From Octopus sinensis (Eukaryota), in NCBI RefSeq assembly GCF_006345805.1, contig NC_043008.1:78740001-78804000 (forward strand): 64,000 bases of DNA. The letters run 5' to 3'. Shown piece after piece: positions 12,713-22,667 of the stretch (position 1 is its first letter; each line of letters starts with the position of its first letter). The position numbers were made by a program, and so were the translations under genes. The notes under the pieces were generated by a model that was given only the letters and a program-made list of their open reading frames with translations, did not search any database and was not told the origin of the DNA.

Positions 12713-13129
12713 TGACTATAACGTGTATTCATTCATTTAATTCATCATATAATCCTTACTGAACTTTGATTAGCAGATTAGAAATTGGTTAGTTAAATAC
12801 GATTTTTCTTCTTCTACAAAGCCTCTTTTGGCTGCAATGCACAAAAATGTATGCATCAGAACCTATTTCTATACAAAAGACTTGAAGTAACATGTGAGCT
12901 TTCATCATGTAATAATAATTTCAGTATATGATAAATAATTTTACATGTCTGCACTTAAATGCATGCCACACATTATACAATAGAATTATACATTTGTAAA
13001 TCAGAGCAGATAAAAAAAGCTAGCTCATCAGATCACTAAAACATCATAGTTACACTTATGCTTCAATTCTAGAATTGACATGAACAGCATGAAAACCAAG
13101 TTTATCCCCCAAATGTGTCTCCAGTGAAA

Positions 13130-13330
13130 ATGCTTCCCTATAACTTTTAACAGGGCCTTAGGTTCAAATCAGATGGCTATGTGAAGCTGCTGGAGATTCT
13201 GGGCAAACCATGACTTGAGAGATTGCTGCTGGAAGGCCTAATGTGTGGCAGCAGGATACAGCTCTTTGCCATATTTCCAGAAAGAGGCAGAAGTGGTTGT
13301 CAAATAATTTCTATGACTTCACCAACCCCT
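13130..13330 (+). mobile_element. maT/DD37D-type transposase fragment
   Basis: Broken frame reads QGLRFKSDGYVKLLE...AAGRPNVWQQDTALCH...QKWLSNNFYDFT. Confidence 0.65.
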
Positions 13331-13539
13331 AACACATCAGAAGTGGTGATGTCCTCTCCCAATCCCATACAAGTAATGGTAACACCTCTGGTCCTACATT
13401 GAAGATAACTGGTCATAAAAATCAGCACAGAATGGGAATTAATTCTAAGCCTGGTAGGAAAACCTGAAATTTTCAAGTTTTCCAACTATGTCTGTTAGAT
13501 GGATTTCATTTACTCTATAACGTCATATATAAATGTCAA

Positions 13540-13690
13540 GTAATCACCCCACATTCCCACCAGACTAGGGTTTACATTGGCAGAACCATTGATTTTAAGT
13601 GCCATTACCAGGCTCACCTGAATTAATTCTCAAATGGAGCCTCTAAACTCTCTATCTCACAAGCTAAATACATTGAACCACAAAAGAAAC
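13540..13690 (+). mobile_element. Possible Penelope-type GIY-YIG fragment
   Basis: Short frame TRVYIGRTIDFKCHYQAH. Confidence 0.35.
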
Positions 13691-14063
13691 ACAATTTTTT
13701 CAAATGTCATTTTTATATAGTAAATTCTAAAAATTTCTAGCATGGCCACAGCTTATGAGCTGAAACTAGATAAAGATAAAGATAAAGATTATCCATGTTG
13801 CATCACATGGCCCTTACAGTGCTCACAGAACATTGAACTACACTTATAATGTTCCTATTTTAATACCCAGCATGAACCATCATGATACAAGTAACTCTTC
13901 TAATATTTAGATGACTTCTAGTCCTCCATGTTAGCCAACTTTTTCTCAACTACAACTTTGTTATTGCTCTCCAATGTCATTAACTATTCACTAATACATC
14001 AAGCTGTTCCTGAAAAGAGGAGACATAAATTATCATCAAATTTAATCTGAACAACCTGCATAT

Positions 14064-14165
14064 ATGCATGCATGCATGCATGTATGTATGTATGTATGTA
14101 TGTATGTATGTATGTATGTATGTATGTATGTATGTATGTATGTATGTATGTATGTATGTATGTAT
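14064..14165. repeat. (TATG)n microsatellite
   Basis: Directly visible. Many other (TA)n, (CA)n, (TATG)n and (CT)n tracts occur, e.g. 39357-39440, 42460-42680 and 54150-54240. Confidence 0.95.
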
Positions 14166-15384
14166 GTCACACACACAACTGGGGCCCCAGCTGAATTTTC
14201 TCCTCAAGCTATTAATCATCAGTCATCATTACCATCACTTGCCCTACTGTAGTATACAGCAACTGATGTTAAATGAAAGCAGAACTGTATATTTCATTGT
14301 CACTTTCTTTAATGTTAATTATCTTTCTCACTACCTGGAACTATTTCACTTAAATCCATCCTTTATTTTTAATATTTTCCCTCTTCTCTCACATTTTACA
14401 TTGATTAATCTTCTGTGCCACCAAATTATCTATCTTTCTTTACTACCATACATCTCTCACTCTCTCCATGCACTGTTTGCCTTCTTTCCCATCATGCTCT
14501 TGCAACCCACCCACCCACACTCCTCTCTCATCCTTCCTGTCTACTGTATTACTGTTACTATTCTACTTCTCTTCATCATATTCTGTATTGTCAATCATCA
14601 CTTCAATACTTTCTCTCCAAAGTATATTTATCATAGACCACCCCTGAAACCTTTGTTCTTTATTCATTATATTTTTCTTTTCCCATTCTCCATCTCTAAC
14701 TATCTCTCATTCTCTTGCAAGCTCTATCCAACTACTTCTTGTTCTCACTTCATGCATTTCTGTTCGCCTTCTTGTTCATTGAAAGTCCACCATGACACTT
14801 CAACAATACTATTTTACCTCTTTTTCTTACTCTAACCAAGTTACTTCCACTCACTCATCTATGTGAGTAGCTATGTAGCCCTTCTACAACAAGAAAGACA
14901 TTCTCTTGTGACTCCTTCTTTCATCTCCTAGCAGAAAGCAGACTCCCTCTCTACCCTAGCTCCACTCAGTCAAAGAAGATCTTAGTCTTGCAAGCTGTAT
15001 GTTAATCTCACTAGTACTGATGCTACAAAAATAAGCTTTCCACACACTCTTCAAAGTGGTTGGCATTATGAAGGACATCCACCTATAGAAATTGTCTATC
15101 ATATGCCAGCATAGAACAAGGATGTTAAAAGATGAGGATAATTTTCTTCCCCAACCAAAAGAAAAGGAAAAAAATTAAAGGCAATATAGGAACCTGAACC
15201 TCTGTATCAATTAAAGTCATTTTTGACATTCTGTAATCCACATTAAGTAAGTGGATGTTTATATTAGGATTTGGCAAATTTGTTGCATCTTCTGGCTGCT
15301 TAGAGAGTTTCCTTGCATGGGATGAAGAAAATTCAGAAGCAGAATTCATCTGCATGCACTGCTGAGCCTGTGATCTGAATCCGT

Positions 15385-15720
15385 GTTGATTTTTGAGACC
15401 CCCTTCAGTCATGACTGACCATGGGATTGCACCTAGAAAGTTACGCTCCTAGGCAAGGTTGTTTATGGAAGACCAGCAGTTGCCCATGCATACTGGCCTC
15501 CCATCTCCATGCCACCAGTGTTATCCAAGGGAAAGGTAAAGGCCAATACAGTTTGGCACCTGTGAGGTCGCAACTCATTTCTACAGCTGAGTGAAATGGA
15601 GCAACATGAAATAAAATGTCTAGCTCAAGAACACAACATTCAGCCAGGTCCGGGATTCAAACTCACAACCTCACGATTGTAAACTCGATGCTCAAACCAC
15701 TGAGTCATGCACCTTCACAT
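15385..15720 (-). mobile_element. Second tRNA-derived SINE family
   Basis: The minus strand begins GTGAAGGTGCATGACTCAGTGGTTTGAGC...GAGTTTGAATCCC (A/B-box-like), followed by GTTGTGTTCTTGAGC...CAGCTGTAGAAATG. Confidence 0.65.
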
Positions 15721-15799
15721 TGACTTCATGGTAGCATCAACTAAATTATTGCTACTGCTTTGAAAAACTGTTAAAAGAACATGAATGATAAGTGAAGCT

Positions 15800-15940
15800 T
15801 CGACCATTCGACCGTGGTCGAGACAATGGAATTTACTATGTTACGCCAGACTTTACGGTCCATCATAGCATTACAGAGGTCCTGTTGCTGGATGCCTGTA
15901 TCCCTGGAGATTACATCAGGGTAGGAGAGTGTGCGCCCTA
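15800..15940 (-). mobile_element. 3' fragment of the full-length RTE family
   Basis: Near-identical to the reverse complement of ~9685-9815 (GRTLSYPDVISRDTG...). Confidence 0.9.
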
Positions 15941-16375
15941 CTGTGTGGACTAAAATGTCCAATACAAGAGATTAGCACCAATATTAATGTTGTCTGTGTG
16001 TCAACTGTGTAAGTTGAAGCATCTAATTAGGGGTGCATGATGAGAATAGAATAAAGCTAACTATAAATCTCTCAGAATGATTGGTCTGCTGAATACCAAT
16101 TTTTATGTACAAAATCATTCAAGCAAGGGCCAGGACTAAAGATAATTATTAATTGTAATGAATGCAGAAGGCTGAAGCTTTTCTCAGGATAAGAGATGAG
16201 AATAAGATGACAACCAGTCACACAAGCCTAGTTATAAAGGAAACTTACAAGTCAAGTCATGTTAAGGAATATAGAAACAAAAGATGAATCTTACCAATGA
16301 AATAACAATATAATTACAGAGATGTACTTGCATAGCAAGTGACCTGATCTGAGATCATGTGCTGGAACGAAAACA

Positions 16376-16545
16376 ATTGCAGTGTGGAAGGTGTTTATAA
16401 GCCATTTAAGAAACACACAAAATCCGTTAGATTCACTTCAACATTTAAATTTAATTTGCCAAAATATTTTTGTCGCTTTGAGACCACGCCAAAATTTCAC
16501 TGACAAAATTCCGTGCTGGCTTATAAACACCTTCCACACTGCAAT
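16376..16545. repeat. Perfect 29-bp inverted repeat around a 112-bp spacer
   Basis: ATTGCAGTGTGGAAGGTGTTTATAAGCCA (16376-16404) and its exact reverse complement (16517-16545). Confidence 0.85.
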
Positions 16546-16835
16546 AATATAATTCTATACAAAAAAATAGTAGACATGGACTAAGCTCACACAAACTTCA
16601 GTCAAATAGTTTAAGAATAAACTTAGTACATACATAGCAGCTAGAAAAATTGTGTTTGACTGAACAAAGAAAAGAACATTATTTTTAATTTTTGATACAG
16701 GAGAAAGGACTTGGAAGAAAAATTACACCCTAGGAGAAAATCCCACTTCTGCCACCAATTTGATTTAAAGCAGCAACAGCAGAAGAAATTTTATAAAACA
16801 TCTATGTGGTTAATTGATATAAAGCTACTGAGTTA

Positions 16836-17100
16836 ATGTGAAGTATATTTGCCATCTAAATATGGCTAACCACTAAGGGTGGACGTTACTGTAGCTTGTA
16901 GCCCCTGGAGAACATCTTCTCCAGCTGGCTATAGGCACACTTTCTGTGCCCTATCGGTATTTGCAAAGGGAGGTCATCCCTCCCTCGTCAACCTAAGTGA
17001 TACACACGGACTGCAGTTTCTGAGTACGACAATCACCAGTTTTCGATGAAGGGGTTCCAATGCAAATACATATATCCTTTTTCCAGTGGCTTTCGTCAAT
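16836..17100 (-). repeat. Inverted partial copy of the terminal repeat
   Basis: 16836-17025 is the reverse complement of ~17143-17332, and 17030-17098 is the reverse complement of ~17400-17467. The TGATGA core is deleted at the junction between the two parts. Confidence 0.9.
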
Positions 17101-17108
17101 CAAAAACC

Positions 17109-17169
17109 GGTGATTGTTGTGCGGTGATGACGGTTACACCACCCAGAAACTGCAGTCCGCGCGTATCAC
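17109..17169 (+). ncRNA. Type I hammerhead-like motif, 5' copy (core reads GUGAUGA, C3 altered)
   Basis: GTGAT..GTGCG-gTGATGA-stem II-GAAAC-TGCA-GTC-CGCGC..ATCAC. Confidence 0.65.
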
Positions 17170-17589
17170 TTAGGTTGACAAGGGAGGGATGACCTCCCTT
17201 TGCAAATACCGATAGGTCACAGAAAGTGTGTCAATAGCCAGCTGGAGAAGATGTTCTCCTGGGGCTACGAGCTACAGCAACATCCACCCTTAGTGGTTAT
17301 CCATATTTAGATGGCAAATATACTTTACATTGTCGTGCAGTTATTGTCTATACCTCGTTCAGAGATTTATTATTGCTTGTATACACTTTTTCAAGATCAG
17401 TGACGAAAGCCACTGGAAAAAGGATATATGTATTTGCATTGGGACCCTCCACCGAAAACTGGTGATTTTTTTCGAGTTGTTGAAGTCGGAGCGTTAATGT
17501 GAGTAATTAATTGTTCATTTTTGCTGGTCGTCGTTATCATTGTTAATATTGTTTAATTTTTGTGTCGTTATATTTTCCCATTGAGGAAA

Positions 17590-18667
17590 ATGGAGAAGTC
17601 GCCAGCAGGCGGCCGCAGCTATGCAGCTACAACTGGGAGAGGAACAGAGGAAAGAACACTAAAGACTTATGGAATATTAGTCGACGACAGGAAAATAAAA
17701 GCTTGCGAGAAGCTGATAAAGAAGGAGGGGGAAACGATAAAATTAACGCCACCCGAAGAGCTGACGAACAGCATACTAAAGAAAACGGTGACCTACAAGA
17801 CCACGAAGGTCGCCATGAAGAAAATAGAAATAGCAGCAGTAGAAGAAATTGTAAAAGTGTTGGAAGGTATTAAAAAGTTTATAACCTTCAGAACGAGAGG
17901 CAGAAGGTATGCCACTGTGGATGTGCGATTCAGATCGGAGGAGGAAGCATTAAAATATGCGACGGAGGCAATTCGTTCGGAAGAATGGATCCTTTTGCCA
18001 TCATATTGCGGAAAACGTGTAGCAAAAGTTCCGGTCGGTCAAGTGCCCTCCCCCCCCCCCCCAGCTGGAGGAGGAATGGCTAATGACAGCCATTATGTAT
18101 AACATGAAAGATGGGGCCAGAATACTAAAGGCCAGCAGAACATATATGCAGGACTACTGGGGCTATGGATTGGAATTAACAATCCAGGCAACAGTAGAAG
18201 ACCTCAATAGAATAACCAAGGAGATAGTGTTGCCTGACGGTTTCTCATTGAGAACGAAGGTGAAGGGCAGACCGCCGGTGTGTTTTGAATGTGGCGAAAA
18301 GGGACATATGAAGGCGAGATGCCCACAGAAACAACAGAGAGAAAATCAAGAAAATATCGAACAGGCAGAGACGGTCGAGAGTAGTGAAAAAGCAGCGGAA
18401 GAGGGTTTCACGACAGTGGAAAGAAAAAGAAGGAGGAGCAGTAGGGCAAGCCCGCCACTGACTGACCAGAAAAAGAAGAAAGAAGAGGTGGAAAAGGAAG
18501 ACGTAACGAGAAAGAAAGATAACAAAAGTAAGGCGAAGAAGGGAAGTGAAAAAATAATTAAGAAGTTGTGTGACAATGAGCCAGAGAAGAAGGAAACAAG
18601 GATGAGGACGACATGTGATTTGGCAGAAGTTTCAGAGACTCAGCTACAAGAGGGTGAGATGGAGTAA
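17590..18667 (+). CDS. Unit 1 gag/ORF1-like protein (RRM-like region, CCHC knuckle, K/E-rich tail) with a frameshift in a poly-C run at ~18050-18062
   Basis: Motifs SYAA, RGRRYATVDVRFRSEEEA and GRPPVCFECGEKGHMKARC. ORFs 17560-18102 and 18083-18667 join by alignment to units 2 and 3. Confidence 0.8.
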
Positions 18668-18676
18668 CTGTTTATA

Positions 18677-19027
18677 GTGGAGATAGAGAAGAATATTGTT
18701 CCAGCCTCAGAGAAGAGTACAGAGGAACCTATATTGGGAGAGGAAGAAAGGAGAAAGCCTAGAAGAGGGAAGAAACAATGGAATTTTTTTTACCTAAACA
18801 AGGAAGTGGAAAAGGAAATTTTGAAGTTTAAAAACATCGTAAGGGTGAAAATGCCCAGAGACACGTACTCTGAGAGAGTGAAAGGTTTGGTCGCCGATAA
18901 GGTGGTTTATGAAAAACTTAGAGACAGGTGCGGTGATAGAATCGACCCTGGCAGAACGGTAGTGGAGTTCAATGAGCTGCCAACAGTAATCGAACTGAGA
19001 GAGCTGGAGCAGTATATGAAGCGTTAA
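18677..19027 (+). CDS. Unit 1 C-terminal domain ORF, unknown family
   Basis: In frame with the upstream ORF after one TAA. Homologous to 20485-20808 and 22112-22417 (RVK and LPxVI motifs). Confidence 0.6.
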   Translation: MEIEKNIVPASEKSTEEPILGEEERRKPRRGKKQWNFFYLNKEVEKEILKFKNIVRVKMPRDTYSERVKGLVADKVVYEKLRDRCGDRIDPGRTVVEFNELPTVIELRELEQYMKR

Positions 19028-19468
19028 AAGGAAAACAAAAAAGTTTTTTAAAAAAAGAAAAAAGAGAAAGGAAAGAGTATTTCTGAAGAAAAAATGACAT
19101 TTAATGAACAGAAAAAAAGAGGAAAAATCAGATAAAATAAGACTGTAATAACAGAATGTAAAAACGTTCCAATGGTACTGCATGTGGAGTGGGGCCCATG
19201 CAGCCATTTCATTTGTCATTATTATATAATATTCATTTTCATCCGTTTTATGTTTATTGTCCCCACTGTGGTGTTGTGTCTGTCCTTGTAGTGTCCCCTC
19301 TGTGTTGTGGCCTTAGTGCCAAATAAAGAAATGCGAAAACCGGTGATTGTCGCGCGCGCGGAGGTGTTTGTGTCGGTTTTTCGGATTTGCGGTTGTGAGT
19401 TGAATTTTGTCGATTATTGTTGTTGGAAACTGTTGCATCGTGTTGAATTGTTGAATTCTTTGTTGGGT

Positions 19469-20440
19469 ATGCAAGCCCAAACTTATGCGGGAACAGCAGG
19501 CAAAAGCCTGGCTGCGAACGAATTACAGTTAAAAGAAATAATTATCGAGAAGGAAAATCTGAGGAAATACTACGACAGCTTCAAGAAGGAAGGAGACTGT
19601 CTGAGGGTTACACCACCTGAAGACGAAGTGAAAAAAGAGGAGAAAAAAACCATAACATACAGAACATGGAATGTGGTCTCAAAAAGATTAGAAGAAGCAG
19701 AAGTGGAAGAGATTGAAAAATGTCTACAAGAAATAAAAGGAAGAACTACCTTCTACAATAGAGGTAGAAAATACGCTACGGTAGACGTTCGTTTCGAAAA
19801 TGAAGATGAAGCAAAAAGGAACGCAACAACAGTGTTGAGATCGGAAAAATGGGTATTACTCCCTAGTTATTGCGGAAAAAGAGCGGCGAGGATACGAATA
19901 AGCAAAATTCCACCGGAACTTGATACCGAAAGAATAGTAGCTGCAATAATCTACAACTGCAAAGAGAACGTGGACATACTTAAGGTGGAAAAGTCGAATG
20001 AAATAAACTGGTGGGGTTATGCGGTAGAAGCCTTAATCCACATAACCATGCCAGATTTGTATAACATCCCGGAGGAGTTGGTGTTCCCCGATGAGACACG
20101 ACTGAGAGTCGTGGTGGAGGGGAGACCTCCGGTGTGTTATAAATGTAAGAGAAGAGGGCACATGAAGGATGTGTGTCCTGAAGGAGAAATACAAGTGAAG
20201 AAGATAACACTGGAGGAAGCAATAAGAGTTTTGACAGAGGATTTAGGAGATAATATGGAAAGTGACGACGAGTTAGTGAAAGAGAAGGAAGGGGAAAGAA
20301 CAGAAGAAAAAGAGGATAGAAAGCGAACACGGGTGGAATCACCACCCAAAGACCAAAAAAAGAAAAAAAAACGAAAAAGAAGTATGCTGACGAGACAGAG
20401 GATCGAACACACGAAGGGAGAGATGCAGCAACTAAAGTGA
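19469..20440 (+). CDS. Unit 2 gag/ORF1-like protein
   Basis: Starts MQAQTYAG; contains RGRKYATVDVRFENEDEA and GRPPVCYKCKRRGHMKDVC. A probable frameshift lies in the A-run at ~20355-20372. Confidence 0.85.
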   Translation: MQAQTYAGTAGKSLAANELQLKEIIIEKENLRKYYDSFKKEGDCLRVTPPEDEVKKEEKKTITYRTWNVVSKRLEEAEVEEIEKCLQEIKGRTTFYNRGRKYATVDVRFENEDEAKRNATTVLRSEKWVLLPSYCGKRAARIRISKIPPELDTERIVAAIIYNCKENVDILKVEKSNEINWWGYAVEALIHITMPDLYNIPEELVFPDETRLRVVVEGRPPVCYKCKRRGHMKDVCPEGEIQVKKITLEEAIRVLTEDLGDNMESDDELVKEKEGERTEEKEDRKRTRVESPPKDQKKKKKRKRSMLTRQRIEHTKGEMQQLK

Positions 20441-20484
20441 GTGGAGGTTCAAGGTGGGAGGAATGGGAAAAATAGTCAGCAAAA

Positions 20485-20808
20485 GTGGAAGAATGTCTGA
20501 AAGTATGCAAGGAAGGAGGAAGACCTAAAGGAAAGAATCTCAGAGCTGTAATATTGTACACAAAAGATAAAGAAATTGAGAAAAAATTGGCAATAACGAA
20601 AAATCTAACGAGAGTAAAATTGAACCCGAGAATATACGATAACCAAATGAAGGCTGCAATAGTGGAAAAAGAGACGGTAAATAAATTAAGAAATTTGTTT
20701 TCAGATACAGCTGTGGCCATGGTGCATTATGTTCAATATGACAGTTTGCCCGGAGTTATAGAACAAGATGAATTACTCGTTTACATTACGGCCGAACACC
20801 CCAGATAG
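20485..20808 (+). CDS. Unit 2 C-terminal domain ORF, unknown family
   Basis: GRPKGKNLRAVILY...RVKL...YDSLPGVIE. Confidence 0.6.
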   Translation: MEECLKVCKEGGRPKGKNLRAVILYTKDKEIEKKLAITKNLTRVKLNPRIYDNQMKAAIVEKETVNKLRNLFSDTAVAMVHYVQYDSLPGVIEQDELLVYITAEHPR

Positions 20809-21136
20809 TATAACTGTAATCATTTCATTGTAAATGAAACTGCGAGCTTTGGGGGTCTCGTAAGTCATTTCATTTAATTCATTGTTAATATTTCATTTCA
20901 TTTCATATCATCCTTTTTGTATTTTTAATATATGTACCCCATGTCCTGTATTGTATTGTTATGTCCCCTCTGCATTCAGGCCATTGTGCCTATAATAAAG
21001 AGAAAGGTGATTGTCATGCGCGTCGTTGAAGTGTTGCTTTTTGCGGAGTTGGAGTTTATGATATTGTGAGTTGTAGAAATTGTTATTAGAAATTGTTTGA
21101 ATTTTGAAAATTATTTTGTAGCTACCCTTTGTGGGT

Positions 21137-22111
21137 ATGCAAACAATAAGTTACGCCCAGGCAGCAGGCAAAAGCCTGTCAGCTGACATGTTACAGCTGA
21201 AAGAAGTATTAATTGAGAAGGAAGGTTTGAAGAAATATTTCGAAAATTTCAAGAAGGAGGGTGATTGCTTACGGATCACACCGCCGGAGGAAGATGCAGA
21301 AAAAGTGAGGAAAAAGATTATTGTATATAGAATGTGGAGTGTGACCAACAAGAAAATAGAAGTGGCAGAAACAGACGACATTGAGGAATGTCTTACGGAA
21401 ATTAAAGACAGCACGACCTCCTACGCAAGAGGAAGGAAGTTCGCCACCGTGGAGGTGCAGTTTGAAAGTGAGGAGGAGGCCAAGAAACATGCTACCATGA
21501 TACTAAGAACAGCTAGGTGGATGCTTCTCTCGTCCTATTGTGAAAAACGAGCAACCAAGGTGAAAATAGGAAAGGTGCCGCCGGAGTTAGAGGTAGAGAG
21601 ACTTGTAGCAGCTATAATTTGTAATTGTAGGGAGGATGTGGACATCCTAAAGGTTGAAAGATCGAGAGACGTCAACTGGTGGAGTTATGGTGTGGAAGCA
21701 TTGATACATATAACCCTGCCAGATTTGTACAACATTGCAGAAGAGTTAGTGCTCCCTGACGAAACCCGACTGAGAGTGGTGGTGGAGGGGAGAACACCAA
21801 TATGTTATAACTGTAAAAGAATGGGACATATGCAAGCAAGGTGTCCCCTAAGAGAAGCGCAGGCAAAAGAGGGGAAAATGTGCAGTGACGCAGCGAGAGC
21901 AGAGAAAGAAGAAAAAGAGGAAAAAGAAAAAGAGGAAGAAAAAACAGCGGAAAGAAAGAGAACAAGGGTGGAAGAAAATGAAGGAAGAAAGACAACAGCA
22001 ATTAGAAAAAGTACAGAGATTCGAACCCAGGAACTGAAGACAGTGACAATGAGTGAAGAGGGTAAAGCCAGAAAAGAGAAATGCGGAGAATGGAGGAGGG
22101 AGGTGATTTAG
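21137..22111 (+). CDS. Unit 3 gag/ORF1-like protein
   Basis: Starts MQTISYAQAAG; contains RGRKFATVEVQFESEEEA and GRTPICYNCKRMGHMQARC. Confidence 0.85.
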   Translation: MQTISYAQAAGKSLSADMLQLKEVLIEKEGLKKYFENFKKEGDCLRITPPEEDAEKVRKKIIVYRMWSVTNKKIEVAETDDIEECLTEIKDSTTSYARGRKFATVEVQFESEEEAKKHATMILRTARWMLLSSYCEKRATKVKIGKVPPELEVERLVAAIICNCREDVDILKVERSRDVNWWSYGVEALIHITLPDLYNIAEELVLPDETRLRVVVEGRTPICYNCKRMGHMQARCPLREAQAKEGKMCSDAARAEKEEKEEKEKEEEKTAERKRTRVEENEGRKTTAIRKSTEIRTQELKTVTMSEEGKARKEKCGEWRREVI

Positions 22112-22417
22112 AGAGTAAATCATGTAAAACAAACAGGACGACCTACGGGAGAAAACATAAGAAGCTTAATTTTTTACGAAAAAAATATGGAGATTGAAAA
22201 AAGATTAACAAAAACAAAAGGACTGATACGAGTGAAATTAGAAAACGGCATGTTCGATCCAAGCGCTAGAGCGGTGTTAATAGAAAAAGAAAAAATAGAC
22301 AAATTGGTAGAGACATTTAAAGAAAAGATTAAAGTAAGTAAAATAGACGTTCGCTATGATAGCCTGCCCAACGTGATTGGGATGGAGGATGTCATCGAAT
22401 ATATATCTGATGGATAA
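22112..22417 (+). CDS. Unit 3 C-terminal domain, in frame after a single TAG
   Basis: GRPTGENIRSLIFY...RVKL...YDSLPNVIG. The conserved GRPxG motif lies upstream of the first ATG (22187). Confidence 0.6.
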   Translation, partial: RVNHVKQTGRPTGENIRSLIFYEKNMEIEKRLTKTKGLIRVKLENGMFDPSARAVLIEKEKIDKLVETFKEKIKVSKIDVRYDSLPNVIGMEDVIEYISDG

Positions 22418-22607
22418 GTAGAACAGTTGCAAAATGTATAAATGAAACTGCGAGCTTGAGGGACTCGTAAGCCATTCCATTTCCCATTACACATAACTCA
22501 TTTCATATTCATTATTTGTTTTATGTACCCCAAATTTTGTATTGTTTTGTATGTAAATTGTAATGTCCTTTTTTATATTCAGTCTACATGCCTATAATAA
22601 AGAGAAA

Positions 22608-22667
22608 GGTGATTGTCGTGCGCTGATGACGGGTCAATACCCAGAAACTGCAGTCCATGCATATCAC
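22608..22667 (+). ncRNA. Type I minimal hammerhead-like motif, 3' copy, with an intact CUGAUGA/GAAA/GUC core
   Basis: GTGCG-CTGATGA(22623-22629)-C-GGGT-CAAT-ACCC-A-GAAAC-TGCA-GTC(22653-22655). Helix III is the palindrome ACTGCAGT. Helix I is weakened and the 10.1-11.1 pair is C.A. Confidence 0.72.

Noticed and set aside
14068-14835. 255-aa hydrophobic ORF
   Set aside because: It begins in (TATG)n and continues through pyrimidine-rich degenerate sequence with no recognisable motif.
16721-16765. Plus-strand peptide NYTLGENPTS resembling M13 TLGENIAD
   Set aside because: It is on the wrong strand and in the wrong order for the gene, lacks IAD, and is followed by a stop.
18346-22132. Minus-strand F/L/S-rich ORFs opposite the gag units
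   Set aside because: They are antisense shadows of purine-rich K/E-coding sequence.
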